Shown here: positions 18,706 through 28,386 of the stretch, piece by piece
How positions within the stretch are numbered: the first letter of the stretch is position 1
How the letters are laid out: each line of letters opens with the position of its first letter
From: a virus
Taxonomy: Duplodnaviria > Caudoviricetes
Virus record (IMG/VR): IMGVR_UViG_3300025087_000064
Location: 1-61,666 of that record
Strand: one strand, 5' to 3'
Length of the DNA: 61,666 nt
The notes under the pieces: generated by a model
The model's database searches: none
What the model was told of the DNA's origin: nothing
Seen by the model: only the letters and a program-made list of their open reading frames with translations
Made by a program: the position numbers and the translations under genes

Positions 18706-19119
18706 CTAGAATGGGATCTCGTCGTCGCTGCCAGTTCCGCCGAACGGTTCAGGAGGTAGGGGTATATCGTGATTCTTTTCGCCGCCATCCGCCTGCCGCC
18801 TATCAAGGCATTTCATTTCCCTGGCGTTGATTTCCGTGGTATACCGGTCAACACCAGCCGTGTCCTTCCATTTACGATTTTGAATTTTCCCCTCAATATA
18901 GACCTTGCTCCCCTTCGAGAGTATTTCAGAGCAGATCTCTGCTAGTTTTCCCCATACAACAATATTATGCCAGGTCGTATCATCATGCACATTACCCTGG
19001 GCGTCCTTGTATCTGTCGGTCGTTGCTACTGAAAAATTACACACCGCCTGCCCTGATTGAGTATTTCGAAGTTCAGGATCTTTCCCGAGGTTTCCTATTA
19101 AAATTGCTTTATTTATCAC
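18706..19119 (-). CDS. ssb: Single-stranded DNA-binding protein
   Basis: INKAILIGNLGKDPELR..FSVATT..WHNIVVWG..KGSKVYIEG and acidic DDEIPF tail; GTG start with GGAGG RBS. Confidence 0.96.
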   Translation of the reverse strand: MINKAILIGNLGKDPELRNTQSGQAVCNFSVATTDRYKDAQGNVHDDTTWHNIVVWGKLAEICSEILSKGSKVYIEGKIQNRKWKDTAGVDRYTTEINAREMKCLDRRQADGGEKNHDIPLPPEPFGGTGSDDEIPF

Positions 19120-19996
19120 TTTTTTCCTCCAGATAATTGATCGACACATTCGGTATTTTACCGAGGGCTATCCTGACGACAATCATTGTCGCCATGCCCG
19201 TACTCAAACCCAACTCTTCAAGTTTTTCCCGCACGCTACGGTTAACCTCCGATCTCCTTTCGTAACTCACCTCCTTCTCTTGGCCGAAACGATCCCCGCA
19301 AACCTGGTCTGCGGCCTCAAGACATTCTTTAGACACCACCCTATCAACCGCAATGACCGCTTGAGGCCTTGGAGACGTGGCGGGAATTTCTATAACCTGC
19401 GCCGCTCGTTCAGCAATTCTTGTCGCTTCCGCAGCGGCCTGGACCCTGAAGAGCGCCATGTCAGCCTGCCGTTTCGCCTCCACCCGAGCGTCAGCCGCTG
19501 CAGCCTCCGCGATTCTTACCCTTTCATTGGCGTCATAGAGGAGATTTTCGGCAATAGCCATATCCCAGTCAACGAGATATTTAGCCGCAGCTGCCACCCT
19601 AACCTTTTCCGCCTCCTTCTCGGCCTCCCAATCAGTCAGTGGCTGGCGGATCTTGATTTTCAGGGCATCAAGATCGTCCCTGGCGACCTTCCTGGCGGCG
19701 TCGATCAGCGCCGGTTTCTTCTTCAGGTCAGCCACCGCGTCCTTCCCAATGTCGTCAAGGAGGGTTTTTGAGCTTGCCACCTTCGCGGCCAGGCTCTTAA
19801 TCTCCGCCCTCCCTTTGGCCGTAGATGTATCCGGGACCAGGCCCTCGACCTCGTTATGGATAGCCAGGAGGAGCTTATGTAGTCGTTCGGTCGTTAAGAA
19901 TAGATTGTCAATCGCGAAAGACTGTGTGCCTATGACCAGTTTATATCCCAGATCATTCCTATCACTCAAAACCAGTAAGCTTTTATTGTCAGTCAT
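19109..19996 (-). CDS. Coiled-coil phage protein of recombination operons
   Basis: DTSTAKGRAEIKSLAAKVASSKT..IRQPLTDWE pattern followed by Ala/Glu/Arg-rich coiled coil. Confidence 0.6.
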   Translation of the reverse strand: MTDNKSLLVLSDRNDLGYKLVIGTQSFAIDNLFLTTERLHKLLLAIHNEVEGLVPDTSTAKGRAEIKSLAAKVASSKTLLDDIGKDAVADLKKKPALIDAARKVARDDLDALKIKIRQPLTDWEAEKEAEKVRVAAAAKYLVDWDMAIAENLLYDANERVRIAEAAAADARVEAKRQADMALFRVQAAAEATRIAERAAQVIEIPATSPRPQAVIAVDRVVSKECLEAADQVCGDRFGQEKEVSYERRSEVNRSVREKLEELGLSTGMATMIVVRIALGKIPNVSINYLEEKSDK

Positions 19997-19997
19997 A

Positions 19998-20237
19998 TCA
20001 ACCCTCTTTGATTGTGAAGCCTGCCTCAATTGCCTCTTCGATCCCAACGACCGGTGCATCAAAAAGACGCTGGCCGTATATCGCGGCTGTAACCCTGATA
20101 TCACCGATCTGTCCGAGCCTAAAAGATAGCACTAGACCATTGTGGATAGAGGTATGGCCAGCCATGGCCAACGGGTCTTTCCTGCAGTCAGAAATTTTGC
20201 TTACCAAAAATTCTTGTCTGGTCATATTTTTCTCCAT
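19998..20237 (-). CDS. Hypothetical protein
   Basis: 79-aa ORF, first gene after the 20295-20322 promoter. Confidence 0.5.
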   Translation of the reverse strand: MEKNMTRQEFLVSKISDCRKDPLAMAGHTSIHNGLVLSFRLGQIGDIRVTAAIYGQRLFDAPVVGIEEAIEAGFTIKEG

Positions 20238-20294
20238 ATCTGTTTATATAGCCAGGGGCGCTTCACCCAGTGTAACCCCCAGCCTCTAATCAGT

Positions 20295-20322
20295 ACTATA
20301 ACACCACCACAGGGGATGTCAA
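20295..20322 (-). promoter_or_regulatory. Sigma70-type promoter
   Basis: TTGACA-N16-TATAGT with extended TG; nearly the same spacer as the 23657-23684 promoter. Confidence 0.75.
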
Positions 20323-20332
20323 GAGTTTTTTC

Positions 20333-21226
20333 CTAGAAAATCTCCCCGTCTTGTATCTTCCATAGCTTCGCGCGAAACGTCCCATTGCTACCGTATGTTA
20401 TAGTCGCAAACCCTTGGTTCCAATTGTTGAGCGGGGCATACTCTAGTGGCCCACACAGGCAACCGTTCGCCCCCACCCATAGCGTGGTCCCATCTATCCG
20501 TTTAAATATCTTCTCCTGCGAACGATGAACGTGCCCAAAGATACAATGGTCAAGGACATATTTAAACATAACATTGGTGACATACTCAGCCGTCCCGCCC
20601 CCTGGTTTCTCGTGGCCATGGAGGTAGTAAAGTTTTCCGATCTGAAAGAACGATCTCCTGTAATCGATTTTCAATTCAACTAAATTGAGCTTATTGATAA
20701 GGAGATCATCCACGAGGTTCGCAATCTCTGCAGCATTCTCTAGGACATACCTCTCTAGGTGGCTCTCATGATTTCCTTCCAACCATATAATTTCGGCGGT
20801 GGGGAATCTGGCCCTCAGATCGGTCAGAAAGGCGCGGCCCATTAGCAGCTCCCCTTTCATGTCGTGCCCACCAGTTTTCTTCGTGAACCGACTGCATCGG
20901 TAAAAATCCAACAAATCCCCCAAGATAACGATGGTGTCAGGTCTATACTCATCTGCGTGGGAGAGGGCCGCGTCCAGGGCTACCTGGTCATGGAATGGGA
21001 TATGGACATCTGAGAAAAGGAACACCCGTTGTCCACTATAAGACGCCCCACCCCTATCTTTCTCGGTCTTAATTATTTGCCTATTGTGTAGGGCAAATTC
21101 ATAGAGCCTTGCCATGCCGCTCGAACACCCCAAAGTTTCGGCAATCATCTTTCTCCCGAAGCCCTGGTCCCGCCTAGCAAACTCTTTCTCTAATAAAAGC
21201 AGACTATCCCAGGTTTCTCTATCCAT
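20333..21226 (-). CDS. Calcineurin-like metallophosphoesterase with a possible N-terminal HTH
   Basis: SDVH, GDLLD, GNHE, HGH and GHVH motifs all present. Confidence 0.9.
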   Translation of the reverse strand: MDRETWDSLLLLEKEFARRDQGFGRKMIAETLGCSSGMARLYEFALHNRQIIKTEKDRGGASYSGQRVFLFSDVHIPFHDQVALDAALSHADEYRPDTIVILGDLLDFYRCSRFTKKTGGHDMKGELLMGRAFLTDLRARFPTAEIIWLEGNHESHLERYVLENAAEIANLVDDLLINKLNLVELKIDYRRSFFQIGKLYYLHGHEKPGGGTAEYVTNVMFKYVLDHCIFGHVHRSQEKIFKRIDGTTLWVGANGCLCGPLEYAPLNNWNQGFATITYGSNGTFRAKLWKIQDGEIF

Positions 21227-21841
21227 TCATATCACCTGTTCGGCGAGCTCATCGACAAGCTGCCTAAGTTCTTTGTTAAATATTTCGACCTCGTACTTCA
21301 GTGCTGAAATCCATTTTTCGTCCCTGAACACTTTTAACACCAAAGGCTTAATCCCTGGATAGAAACTCACGAAATACCACCACGGCATACCTGTAACAGC
21401 CATAGAACCTTGCACTTGTTGGAAGTATTCAGTAGGAAGTCGGTTCGCCCTCAGGTACTCTATATGGGTGTGTGCCTGGGGGGACTTAATCTCACAGCCA
21501 CCGGTCCCAACCGGCGTAATAAGCCCGTCCGGGGAGCACCCTGCACCCATGTCATCGTTGACACACAGACCAACTTGGGCGATATCTATATTTTCCAGCA
21601 TCGCCAAGAGATCCCTCGCCTGAGCCTCCCGTATAATCCCGGTTGACATTGCATGGCTTGTATAGGATTCCTCTTTTGTTCCGCTCAAGATCTCTCCGGC
21701 AAGGTGGTATAAGTACGCGGTTCTTGACTTGCTCGGCTCCCCTTTAGTCGTTATAATGCTAGAGAATTTGCTTGCAGTTGGCAGTCCCAACCTTGCCTTA
21801 TACCATTCTTCCGAGCCCTGTTCGTAATCTAAAATTCTCAT
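21227..21841 (-). CDS. YqaJ/lambda-exonuclease family protein
   Basis: QGSEEWYKARLG.PTAS, CSPDGL, EIKSP, QVQG. Confidence 0.93.
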   Translation of the reverse strand: MRILDYEQGSEEWYKARLGLPTASKFSSIITTKGEPSKSRTAYLYHLAGEILSGTKEESYTSHAMSTGIIREAQARDLLAMLENIDIAQVGLCVNDDMGAGCSPDGLITPVGTGGCEIKSPQAHTHIEYLRANRLPTEYFQQVQGSMAVTGMPWWYFVSFYPGIKPLVLKVFRDEKWISALKYEVEIFNKELRQLVDELAEQVI

Positions 21842-22599
21842 TTCACACCTCCGTTGACTCTCGCCCATTCCGGACACCCGTTATGGCAATCGCCAGTGGA
21901 GCAATCGGCGAACGGAACGTCCATTCCTGCTGCCTCAGGGCATCGACACACAACCTGACCACCGGTTGTCGCTGGCGTCTCTTCCGTCTTATTCGGGGGT
22001 GCCAGCTTAAGATCCTTGAGCAACGGCTTTAATTTCACCTGGGCCATTAGGGCGTCGAAACGAGTCGCCTCTATCTCGCTGAGATCCTTGACCCCGGCGA
22101 CGGCGAGGAACTTATCCTTATTGACCCCACGAGCCACGAATTCCTTTTGAAACATACCAACCTGTTTAGTGGAAACTAGCTTGGTGGCGGTGGTTCCCGA
22201 GGCGTCCTGGGTGGGCTGCACCCGCCCCGCATCAACCGCGTCACATTCGACCACCTCGAACGCCGCTATCCATAAGTACCTCCTGAGGTAAGTCTGGGCA
22301 GCACCGAGATTCTGAACGGGGTGGCACCCCTTTAGTTCGGCTGTCGCCATTGGACTCGAAAAAACTATCATTTCCTCAGGGTTTTCAGTATTAACCAGGG
22401 TGAGCGTCGCTATCGAATCGGAGAATCTCACCACGCCACAGATACCAATAACTCCACATATTTCCTGTACAGCCGGGAGAAAATCTCGCAGTTCAAGGTA
22501 ATCATATTTTGCGAAAATATTTTTTCCAGTTTCCTGAACGCCCCTTCTCTGTAACTCCACCCTACCCTTCTGTAATTTTGCGAAAATATTTTCAGCCAT
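21838..22599 (-). CDS. ERF-family ssDNA annealing protein
   Basis: IFAKLQ..GKN.FAKYDY.EL.D..QNLGAAQTYLRRY; adjacent to the exonuclease. Confidence 0.88.
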   Translation of the reverse strand: MAENIFAKLQKGRVELQRRGVQETGKNIFAKYDYLELRDFLPAVQEICGVIGICGVVRFSDSIATLTLVNTENPEEMIVFSSPMATAELKGCHPVQNLGAAQTYLRRYLWIAAFEVVECDAVDAGRVQPTQDASGTTATKLVSTKQVGMFQKEFVARGVNKDKFLAVAGVKDLSEIEATRFDALMAQVKLKPLLKDLKLAPPNKTEETPATTGGQVVCRCPEAAGMDVPFADCSTGDCHNGCPEWARVNGGVK

Positions 22600-22675
22600 T
22601 ACCCAACCTCCTCTTACTATTATATTTATTCCTACATTTTAAACCACCATTGCGAAACGACGTCAACGGTTTATT

Positions 22676-22999
22676 TCAACCCATCCCCTTTTTTCGTTTT
22701 CTTCCATGATTCTCTCCAGTAGAAATTAATCCCTTGGCTAACAGTAGCATCTGAGTGCGGAATACCGCCTCATAAAACCAGAGGAGCACCTGATCGTTAC
22801 TATACTGCGTTTTCACCCTGCCGTCAAGCACATCGTGGCATGCAGAGCAACAATATGCGATATGGATATCGTTCACCTTAAGCGCAACTCCGCCCCCGTT
22901 AAGATGGGCGGGAATAGTGGTGCTGTCGTCAAAATTACACACTCCTGGAATTCTGACCTGACACTCCTCCCCCTTTGCGCTTTCGGTTATCTTCGACAT
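22676..22999 (-). CDS. DUF1364/YbcO-like Zn-binding nuclease-fold protein
   Basis: SAKGEECQVRIPGVC..AHL..G...K..D...AYCCSACHDVLDGR. Confidence 0.85.
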   Translation of the reverse strand: MSKITESAKGEECQVRIPGVCNFDDSTTIPAHLNGGGVALKVNDIHIAYCCSACHDVLDGRVKTQYSNDQVLLWFYEAVFRTQMLLLAKGLISTGENHGRKRKKGMG

Positions 23000-23000
23000 G

Positions 23001-23186
23001 TTACTCGACAAGATCCGAATAGGCGCAACGGCCCTCGTGGTATACCTCACAGGCCCTCTCGGCACTATACCCACGAATAGCGTGCGAGGTAACACCGAAG
23101 GCTATCAACGCCGCAGTGGCGATGAGAAAAAGCGTGATACATAGGTATGTAAATCTGGCTTCTTTTTTGAGAAAACTATTGCACAT
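23001..23186 (-). CDS. Small membrane protein
   Basis: One hydrophobic helix; GGAGG RBS. Confidence 0.55.
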   Translation of the reverse strand: MCNSFLKKEARFTYLCITLFLIATAALIAFGVTSHAIRGYSAERACEVYHEGRCAYSDLVE

Positions 23187-23197
23187 AATTATCCTCC

Positions 23198-23632
23198 TTA
23201 GCGTTTGCGTTCACTATCCTCTATCGATTTCCACAATTCAATTTCTCCAGGCTCCGCGATATACAGCCCAAGGAACTCTGCCGCAAATTGTATAACATTA
23301 CGATAATATTCTATAAACTCCACGGTTGTTAGCTCAGTGGTCGATCTCACCTTCGGAATAGGGCAACCATCCACATACACCTTCAGAAACTTGTCCCGAA
23401 AAAAAGCATGGATCGACTCGGCGTCCTGGCCAGTAGCCTCGCTCACGGCGGCATAGACGGCCCCCCACAGGTATGAGTTCTGTGGATTTGAGCGCGGTTT
23501 TACCTCCTTACCTATCGTCACCATGACATCCTGGTTACTGTAGATCCCGAGGGCTACGAGCCAGTCGCGCTGATTGTAGGGCGTTAAGACATGCCCCTCG
23601 ACCTTGCACTTGATATTTATTTTTTTCGCCAT
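23198..23632 (-). CDS. NinB/YbcN-like recombination protein
   Basis: RSNPQNSYLW..IHAFF...FL..STTELTTVEF.EY. Confidence 0.75.
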   Translation of the reverse strand: MAKKINIKCKVEGHVLTPYNQRDWLVALGIYSNQDVMVTIGKEVKPRSNPQNSYLWGAVYAAVSEATGQDAESIHAFFRDKFLKVYVDGCPIPKVRSTTELTTVEFIEYYRNVIQFAAEFLGLYIAEPGEIELWKSIEDSERKR

Positions 23633-23656
23633 ATCACAATCCTCCCTTGTCCAGCC

Positions 23657-23684
23657 ACTATAACACCGCCACCGGATATGTCAA
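23657..23684 (-). promoter_or_regulatory. Leftward promoter of the recombination operon
   Basis: TTGACA-N16-TATAGT with extended TG. Confidence 0.75.
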
Positions 23685-23720
23685 GCATAAAATTAATTTC
23701 CATGAAATATTTTTATACCA

Positions 23721-23749
23721 TTGACAGGATAATGATGATGGTGTATATT
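23721..23749 (+). promoter_or_regulatory. Rightward promoter of the replication operon
   Basis: TTGACA-N17-TATATT, back-to-back with the leftward promoter. Confidence 0.75.
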
Positions 23750-23796
23750 GAGTGAAAGATGCGAAGTATATTAAACAGTTGACTGGGAGGCATAAA

Positions 23797-24273
23797 ATGG
23801 ACAGATGGTACGGAAATAAAAAGATTATTAAGATAGAACTGTTAAAAGAACCGTATAGGAAGAGCACGGAGGACCAAGCCCATTACTTCCTCTGCAATAT
23901 CACGGTCAACTTCTCCCCCGGAGTGGAACTGCTTTTTACTGAGGAATTTCTGGCCCGAGATGTCGCAGCGATGATCAACATCTCTATCGCCGCATTCTAT
24001 AAACGACTGAATAAATGGGGATGGAAAAGCCCGAGGCTGTATGACGAGAAGAAGGCCATTACACTGACATCGAAAGATGACATCGGAAATGACGCTTGGA
24101 AGGCCCTCTCCGACAAGCCGAGGGACGGGAATTTAAAGAAGCTCGATGCCGCCGATTCACGCAGTAAGGAGAAGATCATCTTCCCACACCACAAGGAGGC
24201 GAAGACCAAAATCGCCACAGCCCCAGGATGGAACTTCTCTGTAGAGTTCGAAGAGTACCCGAGAGTGAAATAA
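23797..24273 (+). CDS. Putative HTH DNA-binding regulator
   Basis: GGGAGG RBS before ATG 23797; ARDVAAMINISIAAFYKRL..GW is HTH-like. Confidence 0.55.
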   Translation: MDRWYGNKKIIKIELLKEPYRKSTEDQAHYFLCNITVNFSPGVELLFTEEFLARDVAAMINISIAAFYKRLNKWGWKSPRLYDEKKAITLTSKDDIGNDAWKALSDKPRDGNLKKLDAADSRSKEKIIFPHHKEAKTKIATAPGWNFSVEFEEYPRVK

Positions 24274-24985
24274 ATGACGACTGCGGAATTCGTAAAAAAC
24301 ATGGCCCCAAAATACGAATTTCGTAGTCTGACCATTTTCCGGGCGCAAAAAATACGGTACTGGTTGCCCTCCTCAGCTACCGTATTTAATCAAACGGTTC
24401 CTAACACATTGGCACGGCGTGCTGCGGAATTCGTAGTGTTTTTCACGGAAGCGTAAATAGTTGTTTTATTGATAGAATTAATTTAACTTGACAAATGGTC
24501 GAATCATACAACGTGTACGCGCCTAGTAATATAATAATAAGATATGTATCCCTTCTCGTAATTCGTAGGATGGCAAACTATTTCTCTGGGATTTTTCCCT
24601 TCTTCCCCTATCGGGGGTTGGGCTTTTTCTTTTCTTATTTTTCGGCCAAGGAAGAAGTTAAGTTTCATTGTCGGAATATTTATCAGTTCAGCCCTCAAAC
24701 TCAGTTTCTTTCTTGGATGGCCTCTTTAAGCGCTTCGCATCAAGGCAGTCAACGGCACTATACTAGAACTTACGAATTCAAAAGTCAAGCCGTTGCCAGT
24801 TGGCGATATGTTTGATATTGTTGCGGAAAATGTGTGAAAAGTATCGTAACTATATGTTTTTCCATAGGAACACAAAATAAATAAAATATATATCGTGGAG
24901 GGAGCAATTCTACCATGTTTTCCGGGGTGGATATGGTAAGATCTGGCTAACGCGGTATATATGTTTAATTTAATGGGGTGGGAGA
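24274..24985. other. Putative replication origin
   Basis: About 700 bp, AT-rich, no convincing ORF, repeated AATTCGTA-type motifs and a 10-bp inverted repeat; upstream of the HNH, helicase and primase genes. Confidence 0.45.
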
Positions 24986-25552
24986 ATGAAATGTATGTGT
25001 GGCTGTGGTTTGGAAACCGAGAGGGCTAAGGCTAGAAACTCAGTTACCGGCACCAAAAAGGGCGATGAACTCAAGTGGATCCAGGGGCATTGGGGGCGGC
25101 TTGGGATAATGGAAAAGAACCCGCACTGGCGTGGGGGAAGGTATCAGAACGACCAGGGGTACTGGATGGTGTATAACCCAACCCACCAGAGGGCACTGGG
25201 TAACGGATATGTGAGGGAGCATGTGTTGTTGGCGGAAAAGGCTCTGGGCTCCGCTATCCCTACTGGTGCCCAGGTCCACCATGTTAATGGACCGAGCGAC
25301 AACTCACAATTAGTGATATGCCAAGATCAAAACTACCACAAACTTCTCCATATTCGCCAAGCGGCCATGAGAGCCACCGGAAATCCGGATCTTAGGCGAT
25401 GCAAGTTCTGTGGGGAATATGATAGTACCGAAAAACTACGGTGTATCCAGCAACCCAAAGGTAGGGGGTGGAGAGTGTATCACCCTGAATGTGCGAGGAT
25501 ATATGAAAGGTCAAGAAATCGTCCTAAGAGATTATCAAGAAAAAGCGATTGA
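24986..25552 (+). CDS. HNH endonuclease
   Basis: CMCGCG, GYVREHVLLAEKALG..VHHVNG..DN..LVIC..YHKLLH; C-terminal CxxC. Confidence 0.85.
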   Translation: MKCMCGCGLETERAKARNSVTGTKKGDELKWIQGHWGRLGIMEKNPHWRGGRYQNDQGYWMVYNPTHQRALGNGYVREHVLLAEKALGSAIPTGAQVHHVNGPSDNSQLVICQDQNYHKLLHIRQAAMRATGNPDLRRCKFCGEYDSTEKLRCIQQPKGRGWRVYHPECARIYERSRNRPKRLSRKSD

Positions 25553-27008
25553 TCGTGCCAGGGTATCGCTGGCCAGTGGTAAAAGTAGGATTATTATTCC
25601 CTTAAGCTGTGGTTCCGGCAAGACGGTTATCGCGGGAAAGATTGCCGTTTTAGCTCACGAAAAGGGTAAAAAAGTCCTCTTCCTCGTCAATCGCCGAGAG
25701 TTGGTATTTCAGGCGAAAAAAACATTCGAGGAGTTTGGCCTTCGCGCCGGGATAGTAATGGCCGGGGAGGAGCATGACCACGACGCCCAGATCCAGATAG
25801 CAAGCATGCAAACGTATGTCAGGCGTATGGATCTGGAGGAACTGCGTTTCAACTACTGGTGGCACAAGGCGGATCTGATCTTCGTTGACGAGTGTCACTC
25901 AGCTATCTCGCCGTCGTACCAAAAAATACTTAAGGGATATGATTCATCAGTCAAAGTGATCGGCCTTACTGCAACACCATGCCGAAGTGATGGCCGGGGT
26001 CTTGGCGAATATTTCCAGGATCTCATCGCCACTATCGAGATGCAGGAGCTGATCGATACCGGGGTACTCGTACCGTTCCGGTATTTCGCCCCGTACTCAC
26101 CCGATATGACCGGGGTTGGAACGGTAGCGGGTGATTGGAATAAGGGGCAGGCTGATAAGGTAGTTAATAGGCCGAAGCTGATTGGCGATATCTATGAAAA
26201 CTGGTCGGTGATTTGTCCGGAACGACAGACCATCCTATTCGCGAACAGCGTCAAGCACTCCATCGCCCTACAGGATGAGTTTTTACGGAAAGGCGTAACC
26301 GCGCAACATATTGACGCGAACACCCACCATGAAGAGAGGGCGGTGGCTTTTGAGAAATTTCTCTCTGGCAAGCTGCAGGTGATCGTTAATGTCGGTATTG
26401 CCTGCGAGGGTACTGATCTACCTCCCGCATCGTGTATAGGGCTGGCACGGCCCACCAAGAGCCTGGCGCGGTATATCCAGATGGTTGGTAGGGGATCGCG
26501 AACATCGCCCGGAAAATTGGACTGCGCTGTGTTGGATTTCGCCGGGAACCTGGAATGCCATGGCTACGCGGAGTCGCCCCACGAGTGGACCCTGGACGGG
26601 AGGGGAATTGCGTGGAAAAAATCCGCCCCCACCGAGAGGGAAAAGAGGACAATGAAGTGCTCCTCCTGCGGTGCCGTTCTTGATGGGTTGACGGTTTGCC
26701 CAGACTGTGGTAGTGTAGCGAGGAAGTTCGGGAGAGCCCTGGAGACTCAGGAGGGCGAGCTGGTGGAGGTGGGTAAGAAGGAGAAACATACCATTCTCGA
26801 CAAACAAGTATTCTGGGGGATGCTGGAGCATGTCAGGGCAGAGAAAAACTACAACAGTGGATGGACATCCCATAAATACAGGGAGCGTTTTGGGGTATGG
26901 CCCAAGGGTATGAACCGGGTAGTCCCAATAGAGCCCGACCTTTCGTTTAAAAATTATATGAAACATCTCCAAATTAAGTACGCCAAGAGCAAAGCGAGAC
27001 GGTTATGA
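25503..27008 (+). CDS. SF2 DEAD/DEAH-box helicase with Zn ribbon
   Basis: LRDYQ, GSGKT, DECH, TATP, QMVGRGSR, CxxC..CxxC. Confidence 0.93.
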   Translation: MKGQEIVLRDYQEKAIDRARVSLASGKSRIIIPLSCGSGKTVIAGKIAVLAHEKGKKVLFLVNRRELVFQAKKTFEEFGLRAGIVMAGEEHDHDAQIQIASMQTYVRRMDLEELRFNYWWHKADLIFVDECHSAISPSYQKILKGYDSSVKVIGLTATPCRSDGRGLGEYFQDLIATIEMQELIDTGVLVPFRYFAPYSPDMTGVGTVAGDWNKGQADKVVNRPKLIGDIYENWSVICPERQTILFANSVKHSIALQDEFLRKGVTAQHIDANTHHEERAVAFEKFLSGKLQVIVNVGIACEGTDLPPASCIGLARPTKSLARYIQMVGRGSRTSPGKLDCAVLDFAGNLECHGYAESPHEWTLDGRGIAWKKSAPTEREKRTMKCSSCGAVLDGLTVCPDCGSVARKFGRALETQEGELVEVGKKEKHTILDKQVFWGMLEHVRAEKNYNSGWTSHKYRERFGVWPKGMNRVVPIEPDLSFKNYMKHLQIKYAKSKARRL

Positions 27009-27955
27009 GCGATGACATCAAAGCGATGGTTGTTGGCCGGTGGACGGCAATATTCCAACGTCTCGGTATCGAGGTCGGTGATGGTCGGCACATACCGTGT
27101 CCATTATGCGGGAAGCCGGGGAAAAGTAATCCATTTAGATACGATAATATAAATGGATTAGGTTCTTGGTTTTGCTCCTACTGTGGGGCCGGAGATGGGT
27201 GGGGCTTGTTGATGCGTAAATATTCTCTCACATTTGCCGACGCCGCCAAAGAAGTGACGAAGATCATAGGGTCGTGCGAGGTAGGCAAGATTCCTCGGGA
27301 GAGCAAGGCAAGCCCAGAAAGCCTTAGAAACCTCTTCCTATCATCGAAACCATTGCACTATGGGGATGTGGTATCGTTCTACTTACAGAATCGGTCACTT
27401 TCTGTGTACCCGAATGCCCTCCGGACATGCCTAAAGTGCTATGAGAGTGAAACCAGACAGAAACATATCGCCATGCTTGCGATAGTATCAGCGGCAGATG
27501 GGCAGGCGATAACTATTCACAGAACCTATATCGACGAATACGGCTGCAAGCTCAAGATTGAGGAGCCGAGAAAGATTATGCCGTCGCTTAAAGGAATGGC
27601 TGGCAGTGCGGTCAGGCTGTTCCCCTTGGCCGGTAAGGTGCTGGGGGTGGCTACTGGCATCGAGACATCAATCGCCGCACACGAGCTCTTCAGGGTGCCA
27701 GTATGGGCAACCTTAAACGACGCCCTCCTCCAGTCCTTCGTTCCGCCCGATAATATAGAAAAGCTCTTTATTTTTGGAGACAACGACCGGAATTACGCCG
27801 GTCAGGCTGCAGCATATGAACTGGCGAAAAAAATGTCGATCAAGCGGGCTAGTGATATCAAGGATGGAAAGTTCTCGGTATTAGTTTGTATCCCAACTCG
27901 ATCCGGCTCCGATTGGAACGACGCGATTAAGCTTGGCGGCGAGTGGTCGATTTGA
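27005..27955 (+). CDS. Primase-like protein (Zn ribbon + TOPRIM)
   Basis: HIPCPLCG..WFCSYCGAGDG, IHRTY, AVRLFP, GIET, GDND, DWND. Confidence 0.88.
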   Translation: MSDDIKAMVVGRWTAIFQRLGIEVGDGRHIPCPLCGKPGKSNPFRYDNINGLGSWFCSYCGAGDGWGLLMRKYSLTFADAAKEVTKIIGSCEVGKIPRESKASPESLRNLFLSSKPLHYGDVVSFYLQNRSLSVYPNALRTCLKCYESETRQKHIAMLAIVSAADGQAITIHRTYIDEYGCKLKIEEPRKIMPSLKGMAGSAVRLFPLAGKVLGVATGIETSIAAHELFRVPVWATLNDALLQSFVPPDNIEKLFIFGDNDRNYAGQAAAYELAKKMSIKRASDIKDGKFSVLVCIPTRSGSDWNDAIKLGGEWSI

Positions 27956-28038
27956 CCTTGTTTTCCCCTTTGAGTAGGGGTATGCTGCTTTTAATGGACT
28001 GGTTAGTAGGAAGGAAAAACTTTATCGGCGGGGGTTAT

Positions 28039-28386
28039 ATGCGTGAATTCGAAGGTGGCGCTACCAGAGACGATGACACTGGGAAGCTTGACTTTGAGGG
28101 ATTCCTATCCCCTTTGGTGATCGAACGATTCGGGGAGTATATGCATGGTAATCGTATCCAGGCCGATGGGTTCTTAAGGGACTCCGATAACTGGCAAAAG
28201 GGTAGTGGTATCCCTGTCGCAGAATATATGAAATCGAAATGGCGTCACTTTATGGCGACCTGGAAGGCTTTCAGGGGTTACCCTGCACCCGAGATCGAGG
28301 AATCTTTGTGTGCCGAAATGTTCAACACTATGGGTATGCTGCATGAAATTATCAAGAAGAAGAACGAGACCGAGAAGAACGAATGA
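28039..28386 (+). CDS. dATP/dGTP diphosphohydrolase-like protein (DUF5664-like)
   Basis: F.GGATRD..GK.D..FLSP....RFGEYM..DNWQKG..S.WRH. Confidence 0.7.
   Translation: MREFEGGATRDDDTGKLDFEGFLSPLVIERFGEYMHGNRIQADGFLRDSDNWQKGSGIPVAEYMKSKWRHFMATWKAFRGYPAPEIEESLCAEMFNTMGMLHEIIKKKNETEKNE

Noticed and set aside
23657-23684. Lambda-operator-like TAACACCGCC as evidence of a CI/Cro switch
   Set aside because: Only a half-site resemblance, no palindromic operator array and no CI-like gene
24495-24815. 106-aa ORF in the origin-like region
   Set aside because: Low-complexity Phe/Ser-rich translation, no RBS, and overlaps the repeated motifs
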